A stretch of DNA of 64,000 nucleotides from Monocercomonoides exilis PA203 (taxonomy: Eukaryota; Protista; Preaxostyla). The first letter of the stretch is position 1. Every line of letters begins with the position of its first letter. Made by a program: the position numbers and the translations under genes. The notes beneath the pieces are model-generated. The model ran no database searches and was not told where the DNA came from. It worked only from the letters and a program-made list of their open reading frames with translations. The DNA lies in assembly GCA_001643675.2 (NCBI GenBank), contig LSRY02000019.1, forward strand, positions 434,001 through 498,000, read 5' to 3'. Of this stretch, positions 34,631-47,200 are shown piece after piece.

Positions 34631-37600
34631 TTAAGGTTCACAACAATCTTTTTGTTTGGAATTAAGTTTTTGTTGTATCAATAAGAAAGCTGTTTGCGAG
34701 TTGAGTTCACTAAATAAAGCCAAACGGCTTTTCAGCCATGGCTGATTTGATGAATGCTCATCTGATAAATTATGAATTGATTGATTAAAGATCTTATCAT
34801 ATGATATATCGTCTTCACTAATTGAAAACAATGCTTCAACGTTTGGTGGATAAAAGCACACCACATCAAGAAACAACGAAGAATTTTGCATAGCCAATTG
34901 CTCCATGGCCATGTGGCGTTGAGGTTCAGTGTATCCAAAAATTGAACAAAATAGATGATTTTGGAAGAGACTCGAATGTGTACTCCTTTTAGAAGAAGGC
35001 TGAACAGGAGTTGGAGAAGTGCTCGATGATTGAGACAATCCATTTCCCAATAATAATTCTGATGCGAATGAGTTGCTTTTGTTTACAGCGGTGCTTCGCT
35101 GATAAACACAATCCATGGCTGCATAGTATTCATCTGGAAAATCAACAAATGTCCATGACGCAAGTTGAGCAACAAGAGAAACATACAACCAACCATTTTT
35201 TTTCAAAGACATATTTCGTGCTTCACATCCAATTTCCAGCAATTGTCTGTCCAAAGAAGGATGATGGATCATCGGGAAAATCAAACGCATTCTTTGACTG
35301 CGTCCTTCATTGCTTTGTCCTTTAACTTTTTGTGCCTCCCACATCGTCCAGCAACCGTTCAGAGTTCTGAATAAGATTGGATTCTCTCTCACACAGTTCC
35401 ACACAGCCATTCTCATCTGCGGTGAATAAGACGACAAAAGAACTAACACAACATCCGACAATAGCCTGTCACCAAATGCAGTTGTCCCCAGGCAATTGCA
35501 CAACTTGGATGCTACGTCTGTATCGGAAATGAGAGATAATCGAGGTCGTGAGAGAAGTTCAAACAATGAAGACAATTCTTCTCTCAATGGAGAGGATAAA
35601 AACAGCGATAATTCGGAAGGCGAGCCATCTTCAGTTGCTTTACTTTCATTTGAATCGCCTGGTGTAAACTTTTCGCTTTGGACTGATCCCGAAAGGTGGA
35701 AAGCATTCGCTGCTGATATAAACAAAGATGAATTTCCAATCCATTTTTGGAAGAGAGTGGAAGGGAATCGGAGCATAAAGATTAATTCCTTAATTGCCTG
35801 TGAGACATTTTGAACAGAAGGAGCAAGCGGAGGAATCTGAAAGAGCGATGAACTGAATGAAAATGCGTCTGAACCAGAGGAATAAGGAAGAGGCTGTTTT
35901 GAAGAAGACGACGATGAAGTGCTTGAGGATGAAAGGGTGGAGGTGTACGACGACGGCTGAACAGCAAATAAGGGCCAAGTGATTGGGAGAGGAAGCAAAG
36001 AGTATTCTGCCGTTGAAGCAACTTGAGAGTCAGGCACTCCACAGCATATAATATGAGCAACATTCGATAAATGGGGCAGATCTGGCTGGATAAGCGAAGC
36101 GATTGGATTAATTGGATGTGATAGAAATGAGCGAATTGAGGAAGAAGAAGACGATGGGAAAAGTCGGCGGATGACAAAAAAGGGAATTTCTTTGAATGAA
36201 ATGGAAGTTGAAGTGTTTGCCTTCCCAACACTCACTTTTTGTGAAATTTCTTCCAATTGAGCTGTTTTGTCTTCATTCCCTTCTAACTGCTGATTATCTG
36301 AATCTTTCGACGCTGATGCAACAACTTGATTTGTTGTGAACAAAGTTGTGAAAGTTGCACACTCGCTGAAGCAACTAGCTAAGAAAGCGACAACATGACG
36401 TCGACTGCTTGAAGCAGGCGCAGAAGTGATAAGTGATAAAACCCCATCAAACACTTTTGGAATAATATCTGTGAAATCAGAAAGAGAAGGAATAAGCTGT
36501 GAACTTGTTGAGAATGTGGTGTATGTAAATGAAGTTTTTGTATCAGAGTCGCTTAAATTTTTATTTTGCTTAACGTAGAGATATTTGCTTGAGTACTTTC
36601 TGATCCAAAAGAGGGCTAATGTCAGGAGAGAAGCGCTGCCATCCCACCGATCTCCTTCAAATCCAAACAGCGCAGAACGTATCTGTCTGGTGGGATACAC
36701 CACATTTTTTGACTTGTTTAAGAGAAGCTCTTTCTCATTCTCATTCTTTCTTGAAACTGCTTTGAATGTTGACACATTCTGCAGTGGTTTGTCATCGCAG
36801 TCAGAAAGAACAAGAAAAGGATTGAATGAAAGTTGATTGAATTGTTCGCTCACATCATCAGAAGGCTTGTTTGTAATAAAAGAAGTTAAAAGAGACGGGG
36901 TTGTACGCTGAAGTTCAATTAAATACGCAAAATGTGAATTGATTTGAGGAAGTATGCGAACAATAAAATTAAATATTGTGTCTATCATCTGCGACTGATA
37001 TTGTTGAACGGGTTGCTTTTCAATGTCGATTTGAATCAATTTATCATCACTTTGCACTTCTTCATCGACTTCTTTCGGTATTTTTATTGATTTCACACCC
37101 AATCCCCACAAAGATGGATTCAGTTGGAGAATTACAAGCAACATATTTGCGAACGAATGCATGAAAACGGAAGAAGCACGAGAGATGTTTAGGAAAAGCG
37201 AAAATGTCGTATCATATGTACACGAAAGAGCGTACGCAGTCCAGGCCAAAGAAAGATGAGGAGGAGATGCAATGGAAGAGAGAAGATGTGGTGAACCCTT
37301 TACGCTTGTTGAATCTTTCCCTGAATTTTGCATCGTCTCATTTATTCTGTTTGGAAGAGTTGGAAATACAGAATTCATCAGAATGGAGAATAATGATTGT
37401 GTATAATGTTTTCCTTTGCTTCTCTTTTCCTGAAAGGAATCGATGCCGTACAGAGAAAGAAGAGGCAAAATGTCATTTATAAAAATATTTTCTGTCAAAG
37501 CCAACATTTCCGTAGGTGAAGCAGTTGATGTTACAAACTGGCTGCCGTCAAGCAGCGAGAAAGGAGAGTGATAAGATCTGTGGACACGGAAGATGATTGA

Positions 37601-40600
37601 AGTGGCACATGACAAAAGAGCAGATACGCAGCGAATAATACTCGTTATGCACTTTATGAATATATTGCTCAACTCTGACGATGAGCTTGCGCATCCACAA
37701 GAAGAATTTGTCTGAACGTGATTTGTGCATGAATTGCTGTTTTGAGCACTCAATAACTCGTCTCTTTCGACAATCAATTGGACAAGCCTTGCAAACGCAT
37801 CTCTGCTGGCCAAAATTGGATGCATCTGCGAGAAAAAGGACATACATAGGTCCACATAAGACAGAAGCGTTGCCTCAGAAATAAACTCAGTTGAACCAAT
37901 GGAAAATGATTGGCGAATGGACGAAGATGCTTCACTGGAATTGCTTGTTGATTTTATCTCAGAAGAAGAAATAGAAGAAGATTTCAGTGATTGTTCGAGA
38001 GATGATAATGACATGCTTGCACTTTCGTTCTGTTGCTGCCGCACAGCTTCAATATGAGCTAGTTTTTCTAAGAGAAGGCAGAACTTTTCAACGAAAATTA
38101 CAGAACTTTTGTTGGAGTTGAACAAATCATGCAACTCTTGAACTGAACGAGAATCTGTTTCATTTGTTTCATATTTTGAAGCATCCAACTTACTCTGTTC
38201 TTTTTCCGAGTGTTCTTCGCTTATTTCAGAAGTTCTCAAAGCGCATGCGACACTTTGCACATTTTTCGCAAAAGACAAAATGTTAGTCGCTGAAGAAACA
38301 AAAAGAGGCTGAATCACTCCAATCCAACTCCAATCATTCTGCTCGATTTCGTTTTCTTCTGCTTCAATGAATCGCAACGACGACGCTTCTTCAGCAGATT
38401 CTGCCAGAATCGTCACAGAAGGTCTATTTGCCTCTACAGTCTCCTTTTTTTGCTCTGTTTTTGCTTGCTCATTCGCTGCATTTCCTTCTAAAGCGTTCTT
38501 TGATGGTGCACTTTCAATTGCTAATCCGCCATACTGCATCACTAACGGATTGTCGCTGCTCAGCCCGTATTCTGCCCATGTGCCCAGCAACACGAGTGCC
38601 TCTTCAGCAAGAGCATCTCCCGTTGTGCTATCGAAGCTGTCTGCAGTGTACACAAACCGTACCACACTCCGCACAAACTCTTTGGAATAGACGCCGATTG
38701 CTGCAGTCCGCGACGACTGGGATATGACACGAATGAGGCGGAGTGACAGCAGCCTGGCTGTTGCAAAGAACGCATTCAGTGTGCGAGGAAGCGGCGGAGG
38801 TTTGATGAAATTCTTGAATATTAGTAAAAGAAGCCCCTTGCACTGAAGAAGCGCAAAAGCAGAGGATGGACTATTTCGAGCGATCGTTATGAGGATATGG
38901 AGAATGACTGATGATAATTCAAGTGAATGTTGTTGTGAAATGATGACGGAACTTGGAGTTGAAGTTGAAGTTGAAGAAGACGACGATGACGATGCAGATT
39001 GCGAAGAAGCCGAAGGGCGCAGAGCAGATGAAAGAGACATAACAGTTTCAGATAGAATGTCTCTTAGTCGATCCAATGTTTTCATTTTCAGCAAAGCGCC
39101 AATCGCATCCTTTCGCGCAAGTTTGGAGAAAGGAGAAGGATTCATCTTCGAATCTTCTTTTTCTTCATCATTAGGCTTTTGAGAGGCATCTTTCTTGCTT
39201 TCAGCGTCGTTGCTGCTGCTGTCATCATCATTTTCATCTTCCTTATCGTCTTTTTGCGTTTGTTTGGAAGCTTCTTTCTTTTCATCCAAATTATTCTGAT
39301 GCAATGCACGAAGTTTTGTAATGTCAGGAATCCGATTTCGTTTGGATGGCTTTGCTGTGCATCTGCTGAATGGAAGCACATGACTGCTTGTCTCCTCCTC
39401 AAGCGCAATCGACAGATCATTCAATGGCCATCGAGTTTCAGGCTGCTTGTGCAGTCCATCCTTTTCTGCTTTCTCTTGTTTGATGTTTTGTCTCAATCCC
39501 TTTTGAGATGATTTTTGGCTAACACAACTTGGTGCAGGCCATTCAAGAAGCACGTCAAGTGCAGAAAGAGCAGCGAGCAGAGTTGTGTCGTGCGCTTCAT
39601 CCAAACAAGTGCGCAGCAATATAATTCCATCAAGACTCAGGAAATCATCAATCGGAGAAGCAAGAGATTTCTTTGCTTCTTCGTTACGAGAAAATTTTTC
39701 TCTTTCAAAAACAGTCATTTCACTATTTCTCTCAGACACAAATATTTTTTGCAAGGTTTCAAGCGCCATGACCCTTTGTGGGGCAAACGAACTCATTCCC
39801 AAATGCATCAATTCGTTGATTGTGTAGCCAGCAGCATCTGGATCATCTCCATGATGAAACAGTCCACTTCCATCTGATAATTTGTCGGAATCGTTTGATG
39901 AGATTGCGCGCCCATCAAAGCCATAACGTTCGGCATCTATGCTTCGTTTTCCGTTTGAAGGCAGAACAGGTTCGGTCCATTTCAATTTATCGTCAGGTGA
40001 TGATTGTTGCAATTTCTGAAATGAATCGGATGTTATTGATGGTGCTCTGATGTTAAGTTTTTCTTTTTGACCAGCATTTTTTGAGTTCTGTTGAATATTG
40101 TTAGAAGACTGAGATGATTGCTGAGAATCTTTTTGTGGTGAAGACTTTTTTCTATTTTTAAAAGCTTCAAGAACTTTTGGAGAAATAAGTGAAGCAAGCT
40201 CTTTTTGTTGCTGTAATATTTCTTCTTTTGACATGAGATCAAAAATTGAATTTGTTTTGGCCTGAAGAGCTTCATCTTTTCGAATTTCGTGATGTAATGG
40301 ATTATTTTTATCATTTCGATGATAAACTTCCGGAAAGCCGACTCCAATCGTTCGTTTAAAATGAGAAGAAGTATTGTAAGTATTTTCACACTTTTTTGCT
40401 GATAAATTACATTCATCATCTGAATCTTCGCGCTCAACAATATCTTTTAAAATCGCTGGAAGAGACGCATCAGATGATTCCATTTGACTCCATACATCGT
40501 CATCGCTTTTGACATCCTATGTTTAATTTGACCATTTGATTAAAATTATTATAATTTTTGGAAATAACAAAAATAAAGGTGTTATTATAGTTTTTTAAAA

Positions 40601-40742
40601 ATGATTTCTCCTGTAAAACAAAAGTTAATGTAAATACCCTAGTTCTAATTCCGAGTTCTGTGGATGATTTTGGTTTGCTCTTTGGTAGCCCAGACCCAAG
40701 TGATACTACAAATTTCTCGAATTCTTCCTCTTCGTTGCTCAT
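34631..40742 (-). CDS. RPAP1: RNA polymerase II-associated protein 1 (RPAP1/Rba50/MINIYO), 2 exons
   Basis: RPAP1_N-like MSKEEILQQQKELASLISPKVLEAFKNR; RPAP1_C-like KLKWTEPV..RYGFDG..GLFHHGDDPDAAGYTINELMHLGMSSFAPQRVMALETL; phase-0 intron 40517-40637 links the 40742 ATG exon. Confidence 0.92.
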
Positions 40743-41297
40743 CTTATGGGATGATTATCAATAATTTAACAAGTTGTCATTTCATTTGTGTTCAAAAAAT
40801 TTCATTATTAATCTATATTAAATATTTCTTTCTTTTCTTTTCTCTCTTTTCTTTTTTGGCGTATATTAACATTTAAAATGCTTTGTAATGTTAATTGTGC
40901 AACATTTGTTAACAAAATCAAAAGAGTGAATTGAATAAAACATAAAACAAAAATTTCTCAAAGAACAATTTTTCGTAAAAAGAGATAAGATTTTTTCAAC
41001 ATAAATAGAAATTCTCATAACATCTAATTATTATGGAAACACAATGAGCAATGATTGCATGAAAAACGAAATATTGTTTCATCAGAAAAAAATTTCGATG
41101 GAAAAATTTTCGAGAATTAGGTACAATTTTTGAATTAAATCTAAAAAAATCCTAAAAACAACAAAAATACAACAAGCAAGTTACAATAAGATATAAAGCA
41201 ATACTCATCAATATTGATGGAAGATTAAATTTTCATTTAAAAACAAAACAATTAAACCACTTTATTTTATTTTATTTTATTTATTTATTCATTTTTT

Positions 41298-44200
41298 TCA
41301 AACACAAACACATCTTGAGTCCTGTTTCTTTTCATTTTTTGACGGCTCATCAACCGAATCACCTTTTATTTTTGGATTGTCATTCTTTTTTTGTTCTATC
41401 TCGATTAAGCTTTCATTCGACTGACTATCACTCAAATCACTTTCCTCTACTCTTTTAACTAATTCTGTCAACTTTTTCTCAACTTGCTCTGAACTTGATG
41501 ACATTTCCAACTCATTTGTTTTGTTTACTTCGTTATTTTTTGTAATTTCGTTTGAAATACCATCTTCTGTTGTTGATTCTTGATTTTCATTACCTTCTCT
41601 CTTTCCTTCATCTTCCTTTCTTTCTTCATTTTCTCCATTATTATCAACACTTTCATTTCCATTCTTTTCTTCTTCCTCTTCAAGCGACAGCTGTGCTGAT
41701 TCCCCTCCCAAAGCATCAGTTTTATTGTCTGGCTGGACATTCATATTCAAATCCCCTTCAGCCATCAAACATTCCTCTTTTGGCTCATTCAATTCCGAAT
41801 CTTCCTTCAAAATTCCTTCTTCAGCAGAAATGCCACTTCCTTTGCTCTCCTCAGAACTTAGACTGTTCTGTTGCTCTTCAACTGTCTGCTCATTCGACGA
41901 AACGCTCTGCATCGTCTCTGGCTCCACATCGACTGGCAGGTCAGAAAGCTGAATGGGATCAGAAAGCTCATCTGTTTCGTTTGGCTCTTCTGTTTGTGAT
42001 GTCATCTGTGTCTGGCTCGTGTCAAATTGCATTGAAGTTTCCTTTTCGTCGAGAAGAGCTGCAGACGCTGCTGGAGAAGGTGAGAGGCGAAGTGAGGCAG
42101 AAAGAGGAGGAGATTGGCAGCTTGCTTCATCTGTAGAAAGTTGCATGTCTTGTGGAAGTGAATCCGACGAAGAAGAATTCAACAAAGCAGAAGGAGCGTG
42201 TTCATTCGATTCTTCCTGTGCACTTTCTTCTGTGTCTTGTGTCAAAGATGAATCAGAATTAGAAGAGGAAGAGGCATTTGCAGTGAATTCAGGTGTATCA
42301 GTTGTGACTGACAATGCAGCAACTGCTTCTGGAAGAGATGCTTGAGACGATTCATTTGGCTGTTGATTGCGTTTAGGACGGGGACGGGGACGAGAAGAGT
42401 AAGGAGATTGAGGTGGCTGTTGCTGCTGTTGCTGAGGGTTAAGTTGAGCAGAAGGCGATTGAGCATTCGTGCTGAAGGAGAGTGTTAGTGGAGGTGGGAG
42501 AGGAGGCGTAACGTCCTTCTGATTGCCGAGGTTTGACTGTGATGCAGCAAATGGTACAGAAACGACAGGTGAGATAAGCGCAATGATCGGAGTGGTTTGG
42601 AACACATTGGGCGATTTGGGTGCTTGTTGATGTGGTTGTGCTAAGCCAGGCTTGGCAGCTTCGCCTTCAGCTTCTGAATAAGATTGCTCAGAATTTGTGG
42701 CCAAGGGCTGCTGAAGATTGCCAGGCTGAGGGAAGACATTAGAAGCAGAGCCATCCACCAGAAATTGGTCAGACGAGGCTGGAAGATTCAGAGCATCGTT
42801 GGGAGGTGTCAAGTGAGCATTGCGATTGGCGTCTGCTTCTGACGAAGGCAAACTCCGTTTCTGTTTGAGGAGGTGCTGCTGCTGCTGATGGAGAAATTGG
42901 CCCCATCTTGTCCTGAACAGCTTGTCCTCTTTCTCCAGCTCTTCCGCCTCGTTCCGCCGCACACTCACCACATACGCCGTGTTCCACTTCAGACAGCTCT
43001 TCCACTTCGTCAGCTGCTGCCTCAGTGTGTTTGTGACAGCGTCTATGCGGTCAGCCAGCTTCGTGATTGTCTCAATGCTCGAAGACAGGTCTTCCACAGC
43101 GCAGAAGAAATTGGAGAGGAGCAGGCGCCGCAGCAGCAGCTGGTGGCACAGCTTCATCCGCCGCGCAATGATCCTTCTGTATGACTGGATCCGGTCATCC
43201 AGAGCGCGGTGGTGTGCGAGAGAGACAGGAATCCCATCACCAACAGTGATAAGTGAGGAATGCACAGAAGAAGAAGAAGCAGCAGACATGCCAGAGACCG
43301 AAGATGTGGTTGACACTGTGCCTTCACCACGCCCAGCGCCTGCTCTCCTTTTGGCCAGCTCAGACACAACCACACCGCGCCGGATTCGGTTCAGCTCTTT
43401 CTGCTGCTCTTCCTCGGGAGCTTGGAGCGTCGCCCAGATGGCATTCAGCTTCGCCAGCCCCATTTCAGTCTGTTGCACAAGCAGATTGAACGAGCCGGGG
43501 TCTGTTTCTTCGGTCACAATAATGTCACTCAACTGCAAAGTAACCTCGTCTCTGTCATTTGGATGTGCGAATTCAACTGATTCTGCTGACTCAAGCGGGT
43601 TATTTGCATTAAAATGTGCTGTCTTTCTCTGACTGTTCTGCTCTCTCCACATCTTCAGCAGCGGAGCAATTGGCATCTCGTCTGCAATGATACGGTCGCA
43701 CAGCTGTGTGAACGTGTATACATCCAACTCAGCATCGCGCTGGATGGAAGAAGAGGGAAACACACCAGGAACAGGATCAATAATCGACTTCTCGATTTCA
43801 TCAGGATCAAGCGGGTTGGCTGCCACTGACAATTGGTATGAAGACGTGTTTAGTGAAGGAGACTGAGTTATGTGGGTGCTGGTTGTGTCTTGTGAGCGTG
43901 GGGTTTGAGGGAGAGTGGAGCTGTTGCAGGCTGCCTGAGACTGGAGTGTGTGGACAAAACGAGAAGAAGGGGTGGATGTCATTGCTTGGCCAGGGTATGC
44001 AGAGCGGAATGATTCAGCAGAAGGGGTGGAGGCTGAGGAAGAGCGCGGAGTAGAGGAAGAAGAAGCAGAAGAAAGAGCTGCTTCAGAGGTCTGTGACTGG
44101 ATGTCGTGGTGTGCTGAGTTGAGAGAAGGAAGGAAGTGAAATGAAGGAGAAGGGGGTTTTGTAGTCAGCTGATGGGCAGATGCAGAAGAGGAAGATGAGG

Positions 44201-47200
44201 CTGAGGCTGAAGATGATGAAGTGAATGGCTGTTGAGCATCGCGCATTGGATACAGTCTGCTTTGCGAGCTCTTTTTGGACAGAGAAGCACGAGGAGTGGC
44301 AAATGCATCAGTGTCTGCAAGAGAAAGATCAGAAGATGAAGAAGAGGAAGGAAATGAGGAAGAGGAGGAGGAGGATGGATTGTTCGCAACAGCAGTTGAA
44401 AGCGCTTCTTCGATAATTCTTTTGTTGTTTGAAGGGGTGACTGCTTGAGATGATTTGTTTGGTGTTTGCGATGAACGGCGCCTGGGGTTGAATGACTGGG
44501 CATATGGATTCAGCTCTGCTTCGTTGCCTTTGAGAGGAGGAAGTTCATGTGACCGACGAACTGAAATGAAGGAATCGGAAAAGAGTATAAGAAATGTGTT
44601 ATTTTGTAACATTTATGAAACAAAACAAAAAAAAAAAAAGAAAAAGAAAAAGAAAAAGAAAAAATTAAAAAATAAAAAAAAATTAAGCAAAATTAACAAA
44701 ATCCAAAACTCAGCAAAAAATAAACAATAAAATACAAACTTTTTGATCTACTTCTCTTTTGCCTGCTGACTGCTCTTCTCTCATTCATCGAGTTCGACTC
44801 AACCGGTCTGTCAGTGAGTGATGCCCTGTGTGGTGAGAGAGAAGTAGTCTGAAACGTTTTTGAGCGGAACGGCGGGCGTGGAGAAGCAAACAGCGGATTC
44901 GACAGCACAAACTGAGGGTTCGTGCGGAGAAGCTTGCTGGTCAGGGCGATCTGCGCCTGCTGCTGCTGTGACTGCTCTTGCGTCTGCTGTCCGTACGGCT
45001 TCTGCGAAGTGGAAGGCAAATAGGGTTTTTTCCCTGTGGAAAGCGACCTTCTCAGAGCTTTCTTGTCTTCTGTGAGCAGAAATTCACTCGGAAGCTCTGT
45101 ATTCGCCATTCCATTCGTTTTTTCCTTGTCCTTTGTTTTCTTTGAAGCCTTTGGAATTCTTTTGATAGGCTTCTTTTCTTCATTAATGGCATTTCTGCTT
45201 TCCTCTCTCGTTTTGCCTAGGCGGAACAGCACATCAGTCGTCACTGGGCGTGCTTTGCCTGTCGAAGCCGCAAACTTTGCATTATTTCTGTTAATCGCTT
45301 CATTTGACTCATAAGGCAGATAGCTTCCCTCTTGACTGGATGCCAATGGCTGCTTCTTCTTCCTTTGCGCTGAATTGGCGCTGCTTTGCGACCGCGTTGA
45401 ATTCAGCTGCAGCGGTTTGGCATCAACAAGCCCCGCTTCACGAAGCATTGCCATATCCTCCACTCCAATCTCATTCGCTGCATTTGATTTTTTGTCCTTC
45501 TTCTTTTTCTTCTTCGTCTTCTTCTTCATTTCCTCGCCTTCCTCTCTTTCCTCTTCTCCTTCTTGCATGTCTCCGTATCCAGTATACGCAAGAGGCTCTT
45601 CGCTCGTCAGCAGCTCCAGAAACTTCTGCGCTCTTTCTCTTTCCTCCATCCGCTGTCTCTTCTCCAGCCTCTTCCTCTCCTTCTCCTCTCTCTTCCTCCT
45701 CTTCTCCTCCTCTTCCTCTCTAATCCTCGCCTCCTCCTCTCTTCTTCTCCTGTCGTAGTCCCACACTTTCGCCGGGTCGCTCTTCCGCGCTGGATCCGAC
45801 AGCGCTTTCGTCGTCATCTCCATCCTTTGCAGCCTGTCTGCACTCTCAATCATCAGCTGCTTCATCTTCCGGTCTTCCTCCAGACGCCGCTTGAGATGCT
45901 CGTCCCGCTGTTTCTCCTCTTCCGTCTTCGGCTTCTTCTTTTTCTTTTTCTTTTTCTTTTGCATTTGGCTTTCGCTTCGTTGCTCTCCGTCTGCTTCCTG
46001 CGCACCTGTTTTGTCCATTCCATCTGGTTCTCCTTCTTTCTCAAGATTTTCTTTCAAATCTTCATTCTTCCTTTCTTCATCTCCTTTCCTCTCCTTCTCC
46101 TTCTTCCCGCTCCTGCTAACAACAGCCGAAGCCCTTGACCGGCAGCTTCTTTCCTCTTCTCCTGCCAACCGCGATTCTCCCATTTCTCCTTCGTCTTCAC
46201 ACAGCGACGGCACATACGACAAGGGTGTGAATGAGCCTGTGAATTGAGAGGGTGTCTTGCTCGTTGGGCGGAGGCTGTTTGAAGACGGAGACAGAGAACG
46301 AGATGGAGACCGAGCAGAATCTGGCAAGGATGAAACACCATCAGTTGGCTGTTTGGAATTAAATGTGTCGCCTTCCGAGTAATTTGGCGGATTGCCACTG
46401 TTGTTGTTAGTTCCTTCGGATTTATCAGTTCCTATTTCTTGACTGGCTTTTGGGCTGAGCGGAGGCTTGCGTGATGACATTGAGCTTTTGCTTCTGCTGG
46501 CGATGCTGACAGTCGCTGGATCGACAAGATTACCGTTTTCGTCAAATTGGGCTGTTCCATTGTTTTCTTCAGAGTCTTGGCTGTTTTGCTTGAAACTGCA
46601 GTTGTCCATGCTTTTTCTGCTCTTTCGGCTCATCCGACTTAATCTGCTCTTTTGACTTCTTTGGCTTTTCAATTCGTCATTATCATCATTATCATCTTCT
46701 TCCTCTTCCTCTTCCCCTTCGAATTCTTCTCCTTCTTCCTCCTCGTCCTCTTCTTCATCCTCTTCTTCTTCTTCTTCTTCTCCATCTTTGACTTTTTCCC
46801 TTCCCAGTTCATAAACCACACTCAGCATTGGGTTCTTTATCATCTCCCTGTCCAGCTGCCTTTCTCTCTCTCTCTCTTCCCTCAGTTGCTGCAGCATCTG
46901 CTGTGCATACATCTCCTTCATCCTTTCCGTTGGCCGGAGAAACTCTGCCCCTTCCATCTTCTTCTTCATCCGCTCGATTTCCTCTTCTTCTTTCTCTTTC
47001 TTAATCCGCTCCATCTCCCGCATCATCATGTGCATCAGCCTGTCTTCTGCTTCCATCACTTCTGTTTCTTCTCTCTCGTTCGCCTCTTCTTCTTCCCTTT
47101 CTCTTCGGATTCTGCTTTCTTCCTCCAGCCGCCTCGCCTCCTCCACTTTCTTCCTCATCTCCTCCGACAGCGCTTGCTTCATCCCCATCCTTTCCTCAAA

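Noticed and set aside
18387-40742. Clustering of nuclear/transcription genes (HDAC, importin alpha, Med10, RPAP1) as a functional cluster
   Set aside because: Interrupted by Rab and transposon DNA, and compatible with chance; no shared motif seen.
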